Source: Hydrolagus affinis (taxonomy: Eukaryota). Taken from it: a stretch of DNA of 64,000 nt. Below the pieces are notes generated by a model. That model searched no databases, had not been told where the DNA came from, and saw only the letters and a program-made list of their open reading frames with translations. The stretch's first letter is position 1; each line of letters opens with the position of its first letter. The stretch lies in assembly GCA_012026655.1 (NCBI GenBank), contig JAAILG010001217.1, positions 1 to 64,000 of the forward strand. Direction: 5' to 3'. Shown one piece after another: positions 21,801 to 33,800 of this stretch. The translations under genes and the position numbers were made by a program.

Positions 21801-23641
21801 GGGTGACGGTGGCATTTTAAGTTTATGTTCTGGTAAAGGCATTGCTGGTTTAAGTATTCGTTTTGAAAATATTTTTTCTTCACCTTCCTTTTTGACATCA
21901 GTTTGTCTATATCTACCGTCGTTCATTCTTCCCAGTGCATCAGTTCCAAGATCATTTGTCAAATAGTCAACAACTCTTGCTAAACTGAAGTCTTTTTCAT
22001 CTCCATTCCTGGTTTTCATATGCACAAATTCAGGTGTAAAAGTGCAAAATTCCTCACTGGCTTTTTGCTTTGCTTCTTCAATTTCATCACAATCAAATGT
22101 CACCCACTCATCTTTACCCAAATGATTTCCATTTGTCGGACCTCCTTTACAGCCATCCTTATTTTCCGAAAACACATCCTTCTGTAAAATCTCACTGACT
22201 TTTACCAAATCCTCTTTAACTTTCTCCACGAGTTTAAAAGTCTCTTCACTATCATCTTCACTTTTTCCTCCTTTTGCCGAGATTTCAGATGGGAATGTCT
22301 TGTCACTTGTCGAGTCTGTCTGGAGGATGGCCGTCACCTTCATCAGGTCTTCTTTCATTTCGGCAACGTCTTTCAAAATTTCCTGGCTCGAGGACAAAGA
22401 AGATGCGCAAGATAGTTTCAGTGCCGACGGAGCAAGGAACATAGAGGTTTTCAATGTAGACAATGTTTGAAGAATTTGAGACTGAGGTTGTGTGCGAGAT
22501 TCTGTAGATATGGATTTGATGGGCGATAGTAATGCAGTGGTTGATTTGGTTAATGCCACGCTCTCTGGGAGTTTTTTCAACTGTGGATCTGGCAAAATAT
22601 TTACTACAGAATACACCGGTACAGTTATAGTTGCTGAAGTCACAGATACTGTTGTTATAGATGAAGATCTCAATGATGAATACAATGACCCTGTGGGAGG
22701 TAATCTAACTGACTGAAAAGCAGAAGATGATGAAGATGCAAAAGACTTCAGTGGGGAAACACTGGTGGTGAAGGTTTTCTCTACTGCATAGTTTGCCTTT
22801 GAGAGAGATTTGTTGATTAACAACGTTGATTCCTTCTCTAGAGATGATCCAGATGTTTTACTGGATAAAAAAGCAGCTGCTGATGGATATTTGATGGGGG
22901 ATATTGTTCCGTTCGTTGTTATTTGACCCGTAGATGAAATCACTGAATTAAATGGAGAGAACGATGTAGATGTTAGTCCTCGAGCTGAATCAATCATTGA
23001 TTTAACAGGGGATGATCCGGACATTGACATTGATTTCAAAGGAGAAGGCAGAACTGTGGTTGTAGTTGTAATGATTGACTTGAATGGTAAAGTTGATGAG
23101 TACATGTTAACTGTTGATTTGGGCGAGGCTGGTGGTGTCATTGTAATAGAGGATCTCTCCAGAAGTGAGCTTGCGGTTGTCACAGGTGATATGCGTGAAG
23201 AGAACACTGAAGAAGCTAGTCCTTTTACAGAGGAAGATTCAGGCATTATTGACGCTTTCACTGGTGAAGAAATCAAAGCAGAGGAAGGTTTAACAGCATA
23301 CGGAGTCTGTGTCACTACAGTTTTTATAGGTGAAGATGTGGATTTAAATGATCTAATTGGAGATGCTAAATCACTCATAGATCTTACTGAAGAAGTTGTG
23401 GAAGCTCCTAAGGTTGATTTGATAGGTGAAGCAGAAGAGGCAGACCAAATTGACTTTAATGGGGAAGCTGTTGGCGTGTTGGACGTTGAACTTGACAAAG
23501 ATGTAAATCCAGATTTTGCTTGTCCAGTGACTGCTATGGGAGCTGTTGCCCATGACTGGTAAGGTCTTGTTGAAAAGACCGACTTGTATGAGTAAGGTGT
23601 AGGTAGAGATCTTGGGGTTCCTGTACTCCATTCAATGGTTT
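15863..23641 (-). CDS. ANK3: ANK3 giant (neuronal, AnkG-480) exon, ~7.8 kb
   Basis: 2629-aa ORF; acceptor TTTTTAAAG|AA ACC; donor ACT G|GTGGGG (15863) or CCT A|GTTTGT (15800). Contains the Ser-rich domain, EILKDVAEMKEDL, DKSPLSDSGFETRSEKTPSAPQS and QATTPDTTPARTPTDESTP hallmarks. Confidence 0.97.
17055..17186. other. assembly gap (132 N) inside the giant exon
   Basis: Run of N; reading frame is the same on both sides. Confidence 0.99.
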
Positions 23642-24088
23642 CTTTAAAAATTGTTAAAATAAAATACAAATGCAAAATCAACGGGAAAATTAAAGAAAGA
23701 AAGACCAGAGAAAAAAGGTGATCAGTGAACAGGGTACACTGTTAGAAAAAAGTACAGTTAATATTTACAATACATTCAGTGAGATGCCATAAGAAAACAA
23801 TTTCATTTAGAAAGCCCAGTTGAATCCATTTATTTTTAAGCGTACAGATTATCAAATCCGGAAAACAAGCAAAGCAGCAAATAAAGCACAAAACAGACTA
23901 TCACGCTGCTCCTTGAAAAGGAGGGATAAAAATAGGTCTGAAGATGGGGGTGAAAAACAAACAAAATACAAACATGAAACAAATGGACACAACAGTAGTG
24001 GACATTGTAACAACATTTTCTACTTGTGTTTTCATGTGCTGTCATTGCTCACTACCTTTTGAGTAGCTGATGCATTTAAACTAGCTAC

Positions 24089-24130
24089 CTTCATTTGTCA
24101 GAGGTGTCAAAGTAGAACGTGAACCAGTTT
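24089..24130 (-). CDS. ANK3: candidate 42-nt cassette exon KTGSRSTLTPLTNE
   Basis: TTTTTTCTGACAACAATTAG|AAACTG...AATGAAG|GTAGCT; phase 1-1, no stop. Confidence 0.45.
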
Positions 24131-24984
24131 CTAATTGTTGTCAGAAAAAAATGTTTTAATACCCATTCTTTCTTGTTAGGCAAGTTAAGCACAGACAAAT
24201 AAACATAGTCCACAATAATCTTTTGCATGCATGAGGTAAAGACCTCCGAGGCATTTGCTATGCAAACTGTGGAGGGACAGAAGAAAATGAATAAATCGTA
24301 TCTAGCATGCACTTATATAGTAAATTAAACAATTCCTTTGATAATGTATAATTCAAAAGATAATACATAATTGTAATTCAAAATTAAGTGTCATAAAAGC
24401 AAAAACAGCCCAAAAATGTGCCCAAATATGTGGACTCGATAGAAGTTTGGTATGACTGTCTCAATAACCAAGGCAATTACTACAGCACACTCTTCAGAGA
24501 ATAACTAACGTATGGCATTGTTGCTTCGAATATATGACAGATATCATGAACCTGGGCATGTGTTTCCTTTCCAACCTAACCAGCACAATTGTTATCTTTC
24601 ATTTCTTATAGTGTTATGGTCATTTCTTATAGTGTTAGGGTTTAAGAAAACAAAACATCAAAATCATAATACAACAGTTCAGTTTTAGCCCACACAAAAA
24701 ATATTGTATTATGAACAGAAAACTATATTAAAAAATGAACGTGATGAAAATAATAATTCAAGCACAAGCTCCACAACTCAAACTTGTGTGCCAGGAAATA
24801 GATATGGACTGGGGTTGGGTGGGTGGGGGAGTGGAGGGAGAAATGCCATGCAACATCAGGCAACGGTGATAAAATATTGCAAAAGTTTAGTTATTCACAT
24901 TTCCCTTTATTTAAAAGTTAAGAGTTTCGAATTTCAAAAGCAATGAAAACATCGTTAATGAAAATTAGTCAAGATTAAACTCAC

Positions 24985-25069
24985 TCATTCCAGGCTCAGC
25001 AAGATAGCTGTATCGCTTACGTAATGCAATAGATGCAAAGGTCTGACGGCGGTCTGAAGTTCTATCCAC
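24985..25069 (-). CDS. ANK3: ANK3 exon preceding giant exon (85 nt, phase 0-1)
   Basis: CAG|GTG...ATG A|GTGAGT; VDRTSDRRQTFASIALRKRYSYLAEPGM. Confidence 0.95.
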
Positions 25070-26733
25070 CTGGAAGAAATAAGGCAGAAATGTTGCTCAT
25101 TTCCATTACAAACAGAATTATGATTTTGAGTGGGATGAATCTTATGTATCCAATTTAATTGCAACTAAGTCATTCTGTCACAGGGTTTTTGTTCACAAAT
25201 ATCTAGACGTGCACCACTGTACAAGAAATGATTTATAAGGGCCCTTTTTATTCAAGGCATATAGGTGTGTGAATTTTATACCAGTCTTATGTTATACATT
25301 ATATAAATACTAAAGCAAATAGCATTGGCAATAGAACTACAATCCAATATATTTATATAGTAGCAAGGTAGCATATTGGTCTAACAAAATAGTAATTTAT
25401 TTCCATTTAATAATATCCATACTATTTCCATAACTGGTGTCTTGAAACTGTATTTAGCTGCATTTTACTATATGTATTCCAATAGCTGATTTGGGTTACC
25501 TGTTCACCACTCTAACTACATTTCAACTCAAACCATTCATCCAAACTAATCTTTCAATCTTGTTAAACAGTATGATGTTTTCTTAACTACAAATCTCTTA
25601 AAAACTCAATATATTAAAATATGTCAAACATGCACAAGGTGACTTAATCTTTCCTGCTATAGATAACTTTCAGTCTAATTTATGCAGCAAATAAAGCTTG
25701 ATTGGGAAAGTGAACTATACTGATCATTAAAATAAAATTGAATTAAGGTGAATAACACTTTTGAAGCACTTAAGCATTGTGTTACATGAGTAAAAGATAT
25801 TCTGTTACTTTTGCAGAGATGAAATTAGAAATTAGTTTTGCTTAATGTGGATACACCAAGGACAGAACAAGGCATGGATGAAATTTCAAAACATAAATGC
25901 ACAACACACTGCAAATAAATCCATGTAATCTCCCTAACCATAAAAATTGTTACAGACAGAGCTTTACTAAACAATCTCAGCTGTTGCCACCGCTAAGGTG
26001 TATACATAAATCAGCACTCTTACAGCGGAGAAGTTTGCCAATCTGTATCACAGTAGAGGTTAGTTTTAGGACAAGAGTGAATTACAATCCAGTTTTATTA
26101 ATCACATCTGTGTTAGTGATTTGAAATATTATTGGTGTACAATAGTGATGAAACTATTGAGCTGCAGCAGTTGAGCTATTTTTTAGGAATGCAGGCGTTT
26201 ATAACTCATTACTGTCTCCTTTCTCAACCAACCCAATAATCTAAGAAAGTGTTGCAAAATACGCTCAAAACAAAGCTGAGTTTATTGCATCATTCCAAGT
26301 AAGCACGAGGGACTGTTGACCCTTTAAGAGTGCAGCAGCATCTTTGCACTGGACACACAACAAAATGTGAAGGTTAAACTGTTGTAGTTGAGTCACAGTG
26401 GCTTCGAAATGAAACATGTCTTAGATCTTACCCTCCAGAAGTTAGTTTAGAAAAGTTCAGAACATCAGTTATAGTTCAGAACATCAGTTTTGAGAAACAA
26501 TGAAAAAGATGTTTTGAAATGGAGGAATCTTTTAGAAAGAAATTGGAAGACACTGCATTTTTTTTATATATCATTACAATTAATCATCTCTTTGATCTTA
26601 GCATTAACTGTTCAGTTTCACTAGCTGTTAAATGTTGGGTGTCAGTTATTTATCTAAGCCCAATTCCACAATGCCCTCTGCAATAACTTAATAGATATCA
26701 TTCAATTGAAACAAACAATTTGTTTTCCTTTAC

Positions 26734-26760
26734 CTCTTCATCTTGATCTGATTCAGTTTC
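26734..26760 (-). CDS. ANK3: 27-nt microexon ETESDQDEE
   Basis: TGCAATGCTTCTTGGGACCATAAG|GAA...GAG|GTAAAG; recalled human ETESDQDDE. Confidence 0.92.
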
Positions 26761-27193
26761 CTTATGGTCCCAAGAAGCATTGCAGAGACAAGGAATATTA
26801 TAATGGACAGCAGGGAAAAGAAATATCAGGATATGAAAAGGACCAAATTGGGAATACAAAATGTAAGCTGGTTAACACAAGATCAAACAAACCCAAAGCC
26901 AGCAAAAGGAAAAATTAACTTGATTTCAATTACGAAACAAATTCACAACAAATGATGGGAAATACTGCAAGAGCAAAAGCCTGTAAATTACTGGCCAGTG
27001 CAAGTGCCTTGTAAACAAACAAACAAATTATTACTTAAAAAATAGACTTTAGACATACAAAAATAATAGATTTGACAAAATACAATATGTATTACCACTG
27101 AACAACGTTGCCAGATTCTAAATCAGGCAGGTTTCAATCATTGCAAACAAATTATATGTCTCCCTTTAATAGCAGAAAGAATTGTCCACGTAC

Positions 27194-27316
27194 CTTTTTA
27201 TGAGCAGGCAGTGTAATATTCAGATTACAAATAGCCATTTGAGGTAACCCTTTGGAAGTTTTTGCTTCCTTGAGGAATGATAAACGACCACATGATTCCT
27301 GGCTGTTGTCTCTGAC
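27194..27316 (-). CDS. ANK3: ANK3 exon, UPA end (123 nt)
   Basis: TAG|GTC...AAG|GTACGT; [41 protein letters not shown]. Confidence 0.97.
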
Positions 27317-27409
27317 CTAAAAACAAGGCAAAGAGTTACTGTTCAATGTCTACAAAACTGGAATTTCCGCTATTGTTCAGGTTCCTTGGTTAACTAAGAT
27401 CCTATTTGC

Positions 27410-27625
27410 CTATTCATGCGGATGTTGAAGATCCCATGACACTATTCGCAAAGAGAAGGTCCTAACCAACAATCACCAACATAAAATTGTTCAACCGCTT
27501 TATGGTTGTTTGTGGAACACGGTTGTGCACACACTGGCTGGCGCATTCACTGCGACTGCACTTAAAGTAACTGCTCTGATGCACTTTCAGATAATAAGAC
27601 ACTATATCAAAAGCTATTATGGTAT
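27410..27625 (+). mobile_element. Deu-domain SINE, partial
   Basis: GGATGTTGAAGATCCCATGACACTATTCG core and CTATATCAAA tail. Confidence 0.65.
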
Positions 27626-27914
27626 GTACTGTATATTGTTATTATTATATTGTTGCAAAATACATTTCATTTTAAAACTAACTGAAAAGAGCTGCAAGAT
27701 ATTTTAGAAGTTTCTTCAGGACAAAAAACAAATTAGCACGTTTGTGTGTGTTTTTTTTTATTACACACATGGATAATGCAAATTTTCTGCTTAAAGCCAG
27801 TAAATGACTTTCAGCCTAGAATCATTATAACATACATTTACATATTAAATGTATCAAGCATCAAAATAAATGTTCAAAAGACTGTAGCATTAATATGAAC
27901 AAAAATGCCCTTTA

Positions 27915-28135
27915 CATTTGAACTCCAATTGGCAGTCCCTCTGCCTCATCCCCTGCCTGGCCTCCTTCAAGTCTCGCTTCAAGACTCTCCACTTCGATGG
28001 ACCCATTGGCAACTCCTAATCCCACCCCCACCCGTCCTCAGCTTGGGTCTGAAGAGGTGACTGTCCAGCGTCTTGGGACATCCTCCTGACATGAAAGGCG
28101 CTGTACAAGTGTAATTTTGTTGTTGTTGTTGATGA
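27915..28135 (+). mobile_element. L2 LINE 3' fragment
   Basis: CAGCGTCTTGGGACATCCTCCTGACATGAAAGGCGCTGTACAAGTGTAATTTTG(TTG)n tail. Confidence 0.82.
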
Positions 28136-28431
28136 TTATTCACGTCTGTGTGCCTAGTTTATAGATTGTTCGACATCTACTTCCATCGTTGTTATGGAGT
28201 TTTTTTTGTACTTTTAAAAAAATATTCTTGCCCTAATACTGAAACAAAATTAGCATTATACTCGTTCAACTTCACTAAAATGGGTTCCACATGCAAAAAA
28301 TAAAAATGTTATGGTGCTTTACATGTTAGGAGGATGTCTCAAAGCACTTAGATGCAACGTACAAATTGAATGTTTTTAGTAAAAAAAATAACACTTGTTT
28401 TTCATTATACTGGTATAAAAACTTTGAAAAC

Positions 28432-28733
28432 AATAAGATGATAATCTTTGCATTTGATAAAGCATGTCCTCGAGACCTCTCAAAACACTTCACAAGTTTT
28501 CACCATGAAGTGTAGTGACTGTCTATTGGTAGGCAAACTCAGTGGTCAATTTTGGCACAGTAATGTCCCACAAATAGCCACATTTGGTTAGACCAATTTA
28601 ATTGGGGGACTGTTGGCCAGAACACCAAGAGAAACTCTCTTCTCTTTTCAAATAGTGGCATGGGATGTTTCATGCACCAAACAAGGAAACAGGACCTCAG
28701 GTTAACATCTGATGCAAAGGATGGCACCTCTGA
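28432..28733 (-). mobile_element. Deu-domain SINE, partial
   Basis: Minus GAGGTGCCATCCTTTGCATCAGATGTTAACCTGAGGTCCTG...CATCCCATGCCACTATTTGAA core. Confidence 0.75.
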
Positions 28734-29110
28734 GAAAATTATTTAAAATACTGGACACGAGGATCTGAAAAGGAAGAAACCACTTACTAATTAGGGCTGT
28801 GCTGCCTTCTGGTGGGCAATATATAACACTGCATTTTTGTTTGAAACAAAGAAAAGTATAACCCATTATTTAAAAGTTCTACTCAAATTATTACGAATCC
28901 TGAAAAGAAAACAGCCAATCTGTAGCTTCAGACATATGTCAGAAATGGTTACCATTGTGTCTTTAATACAGAGCACCCATAGAGCGCTTCAATGGGGTGG
29001 GGGGGGGGGGTGGGGGGGGGGGAATCTGGATTATGCTACCCTCTTGGCATCTACCAATTGTTTGAATACAACATTCTGTCAGAACAATAAGAGATGATAC
29101 TGAACCCTAC

Positions 29111-29236
29111 CTTTACACTGAAAGGCAATCTGTTTTCTTTGAAAGCATAGAACGTGAAGACAAGGGGCTGCCCGGCTTTTGCAAGAGGAACCAAATTTCC
29201 GTAGCAATCCAAGTGGATGATTTTACCTTCTAGCAC
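29111..29236 (-). CDS. ANK3: ANK3 exon, UPA (126 nt)
   Basis: CAG|GTG...AAG|GTAGGG; [42 protein letters not shown]. Confidence 0.97.
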
Positions 29237-30275
29237 CTGTTGATTGCATCATAACATTACGACAAACGCAAGCAACAACTTAACTCCTCATTGCATTTAT
29301 GCGTTATAAGCCTGCACCAATATGAAAACATATTTTGAATTTCATTTCATCCTTCCTCAGGCAAAAAATTGAACCTTACCTCAATATTATTTCCAACCAT
29401 ATGTTTGAAATTACAATTATGATGGCAATACAGTATGTTAATATTGTACAGTATTGGCTGGAGGACCTGTCAGCAGTCCCAACCTCTGCCCACATTAACG
29501 CTTAGGTTTTACCCAGACGCTGACCCAGTTGGCAGGTGCAGTACTGAACGATCAAATGATCTCAGCCAGTGAGAGGGAAAAAAAAGCTATAACTCTTTTC
29601 TTCTTAAAGCACACAAACATGAACACCTCTGATTGACTGGTCATAAAGTAGCAACATCGGATGCCTCAGAAATGTCCATTGTAGTCTGCCCACCTCTCAA
29701 ATGGAGCCAAGAGTATATGGCCTTGAAGACAAGGAATGGGAGAAGAGGGAATGGATCAGCATATTCTAAATTATACTGTCACTCTTTACATCATCATTTC
29801 AAAAAGTGCAAAAGACAAAGGAGAAGACATTTTTGGGGAAAATAGTGTAAATCTAAATATGGACAATTCAGTCACACTACACAGATTGAGCATTTAAGTA
29901 CCAAATAATCTTCAAATACACGATTGAAAGGCGCTACACAAATGTAATTTTGTTGTTGTAAACATGTGAATTATGGTTTCACTGATTTGGATGGACCTGG
30001 GGTATAACAATATTGTACAAATGATTAACATCTGGATTCTTGAGCACTTATGTGATTGGCAGCAGATGCTAGCTGCAGCATTACCACAATCCTTATTAAG
30101 CACTTTCTCTTTCCTCATAGTAACGTGTGACCCAGTAAAGTTAGACTTAAACGATGTTCAACCAACGGAAGCAAATCATTACAAGCTGTTTACGTTTGAT
30201 TCAAATATAATTCATCTGCTTCAACTGATATTCACTCATACACACACACACAAAGTAACTGTTGGAAGAGTGTAC

Positions 30276-30504
30276 CTCAATATCTTTGCTCCTTGCCACT
30301 TCTGTGAAGTTTTCCTGTTGTTCTAAAGTCTTGTCAACTTTATCATCAGTCATGCAGAAACAACGCAGACGAGCTTCCACAGGGTCATGCAGTTTGGCAA
30401 ACACAACAAATTTGGCCATATATGGAACACAGATTAATTCTCGGTAGAGCTGTGTAGCTAAACTAACAGTTTCTGGGACCTGATGGCAGTCTGCAAGCCA
30501 AAAT
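30276..30504 (-). CDS. ANK3: ANK3 exon, UPA (229 nt)
   Basis: CAG|A TTT...GAG|GTACAC; [37 protein letters not shown]...ARSKDIE. Confidence 0.97.
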
Positions 30505-31359
30505 CTGCACATGAAATTAGACAAACAGGAAGTTCATTGAGAAATGTTCAGCTCAGCAAATCCTTTTATAATTTTAATGAGCAAAGACCACTGTAGACTG
30601 TTAGGAAATAGGTTACAAGACTATCTGCCAATATTTCTAGTTTCCCTTCTTACATCAGTCATAGTTTTAACTATAAAATTAAAGTCAGTGAAACAATCAT
30701 TAAAACAACTTGACTGTAAAACTACTGCTTATTTGGGAGTATTTAAGTTTGTTCATATTTGTCCCAACATTTGATAAAATGCAAGGATTATTATTATTAT
30801 TATTATCTTCAGCAACTATAAGCACTCCGAGACATCAATCCAGCACGAAGGCCACTATATAAATGCAAGTTGTTGTTGATGTGTATCTAGAAAACCCATA
30901 ATTTAAATAAAGTGGTGTATCTAAAGACACTTAATCTTTGAATTCTTTCTGCTCCACAACTCTTTCCCCATTACATTTCTGCTCAGTTTCACCAAACCTT
31001 TACAAGTCTGTTTATAATCATAGCTCAATTTGTAACTCACAACTGCAATACATTATCACTTTAGTGAAGTGACATCACATCTAGAATGATAAATCTTCAG
31101 GTGGAAGAAAACACCAGATGCCGAGCACAAGAAAAGCATCACATCTGTTAAATAATGTGAGTTAAAACATCAATTCAATATCTTGTCAGCACATCACTTG
31201 GAGCTCTTTGGATACAAAGCACAAGGAAACTAATTTCCCTGATCGCTACTTTGGCTATTTTCATTATAGTCAAAGATCAAAAATATGCATGAAATATTTT
31301 CAGTTTTAAGCAATTTTAAACACTGAATCGTAACTGGGCCGAACACAAAAAACCTGTAC

Positions 31360-31456
31360 CTGGCTGAAACGTTTGTCGTGAAGGAAACTCCCTCATCCAC
31401 AAAGGTTAATGGGGTTGTTCCTGTGATGTCTTCCCACTGCGCAGGTGATGTACCTC
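31360..31456 (-). CDS. ANK3: ANK3 exon, ZU5-2 end (97 nt)
   Basis: CAG|GA GGT...GCC AG|GTACAG; [32 protein letters not shown]. Confidence 0.97.
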
Positions 31457-32080
31457 CTGTCAAATTAATAGGAAAAATTATCAGGGATTTTAATTATTTA
31501 CTCCATCAGCAGCAGCATTCAATACCAATATGGACTTTGTGTTAATGAAACGAGAATATCTTTAGAACCAAAATATTTAACCTTCATTTATGAAACATTG
31601 AGGTAACAAATAGATGGGAGTTGCACATTTGCCACTCTAATTATAGAGCTAAATTTTAAGAGATATTTGCCAGCCTTTTGATAGGCTACATGTGTATTGG
31701 TGGGATGCAATTAAAATAGAAGCAAAGGTTGATATTACTGAAAAGGATTTTTGAAAAAAACTGAACCGTTTATCCATTTTTAATCCTTATATTCTAATAT
31801 GAATGTTAAACAGAATTGCCACAAATATTTTCCTCTTATAGAACCATTGCATTTAATATTTGCTAATAATCCATCAAACTGCCTCCTGCTGTCATCATTT
31901 TTGGATGAGTTTTGTTGTGTGTTCTCTATACAGGGTGCTCCAATATTTCAGTACTAATGAAAGACCACCCAAACCTCACACGTTACCGTGAACCAATTTT
32001 CTCTTTCAGACAACAGATCTGTTGTTTTTAATTTTATTTAATTTTTTAAGTTGTAGGAACAGAGGGGAGGGTTAACTAAC

Positions 32081-32285
32081 CTGTTATGCTGCACAGCAGT
32101 CTGAGGCTTGGAGTATCGCCTCTGTATCCATTGGAAATTCCTTCCCCTGATGCGGGTGGCACGGGAATTGTCATAGTAATGGGCTTGTGGAATTTCCGCC
32201 TTCTGGGTTCCACAGTTACAATTGGACTAAAAGTGGCTCGATTTCCAAGGATCTTTTTCACAACCTCATCTGGGACAGGCTGGGC
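32081..32285 (-). CDS. ANK3: ANK3 exon, ZU5-2 (205 nt)
   Basis: CAG|GCC...ACA G|GTTAGT; [41 protein letters not shown]...LLCSIT. Confidence 0.97.
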
Positions 32286-33588
32286 CTGTGAGAAATGTAT
32301 GATCCAGTGTTAAACTAGGAACAACAGCAATAATCTGTACATATTGTAATCAAAGATACATGACTAAATACAGTCACTACACTTTCAAGTACATCTTGTG
32401 AAGCATTCTGAAAAATCCTCCTGACGTGAAAGGTGCTATACCAATTGTAACTAAAATACTAATAAGAATATTGTTGTTATTGAATGTGAGGATTGTATAG
32501 GATTATTACGTCTGCACTACAAGAACCTTCTTCAGATTACATCATTTGCATCAAATGGTATTGAGGCCATTGTAGACCTCCACTCAGTTTTGACCCAAAC
32601 TGAATGCCTTGTAAAAGCCAACTCGAATGAGTTAACTTCCATGAAGCGCTGACTATTTCCTTCCTGAAGCAAAAGCTTTGAGGCCAGTGTGTAATTCCTA
32701 GCTCACTGCATTTTTCTTTTTAGGTCCACCTATTCAGCAATGATTTGATGTACACTAGAGTCATACCATTTCAGGGTCAGATCAATACTTGGATTGATAA
32801 CATACATGATATGTTGCTCTGGATCAATATTACATTATGATTGAGAATTAGAACAGTGTGCCAGGACAATAAACAGTTTTTTGTATAAAGTGGAAATAGC
32901 AAGCAAATACATTGCAAATTGTGACAAGTTGCAGCATCATCTACAGATAAACATAACAGACTGAATTGGCAGCGATGGGTTCCACTATAAGCTGTAGTGT
33001 TATGTTTTATTCCTTTTCACCATGTTAAAATGAAAAAATGGCAATTGAGTAGAACAAGCAGATTTCTCCCAAAGTAATGATTCAAAGGAAACTTGGCAAG
33101 TCAACCAGTAACTGTGTCTGTATGTACTGTTTGTATGTGCATGTGTGTGGAATGCAAAGAACTGAGCCATGTTAGCCTAATCAGAATACAAATTTTCATT
33201 CTAACTCAGTGCAAATGGGCCACATCGGGAAATGTCACATTCAAATGTTATTAAACATCTGCCTGCATTTACATGGAGCAGATGGAAACAATGTTCAAAG
33301 TTTATGTCAACAGTGTTCATTAAGGGATCTGAACGTCTGAATAATTCAGAACTTTTTGGGAGCACTATACAGAAACCCTGGATATCTGTAAAATGCTGTT
33401 ATGAATGAAAGAAACTACCGACTAGATTTCTGGTCAGCACAAACTCAAAACCACGGTCTATTCAGATTAAGGCCTGTGCCCTGTGAGGTGAAACAAGCAT
33501 TCTGTAACAACCATTTGCACTTTTTGTGCATCATTTACTTTTGATTAACTGATTAGAAATGTAATACACAGATACATCACACAGTTAC

Positions 33589-33800
33589 CTGGAGGCCCAC
33601 TCGGATTCTCTTGGTCAAGGCACCCTCTGGGAAGGATGCTTGAACACGTGGAATTGTTGAACTGTTCAACATTCCCCCTTCCGGTCCCATCTGATTACTT
33701 TCTTGTTTAATACGAGATACCACTGCAAAATACTGTGGGAAATCCTTGGAGACAACCCGACAGATTCGTTTCTTCTCCAGTTCTTCAAGGCTATCGAGTT
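33589..33800 (-). CDS. ANK3: ANK3 exon, ZU5-1/ZU5-2 junction (212 nt)
   Basis: CAG|AA CTC...CAG|GTAACT; [43 protein letters not shown]...TKRIRVGLQ. Confidence 0.97.

Noticed and set aside
23056-23562. 168-aa plus-strand ORF (and other short ORFs antisense to the giant exon)
   Set aside because: Shadow of the Ser/Thr-rich sense frame; no independent start, splice or homology evidence.
15792-23681. Giant ORF as a standalone intronless gene
   Set aside because: Starts at a non-ATG codon within a pyrimidine tract and has in-phase splice sites linking it to the flanking ANK3 exons.
26454-26489. Short direct repeats (also 24600-24637) as CRISPR-like arrays
   Set aside because: Only two copies each; ordinary slippage duplications in a vertebrate intron.
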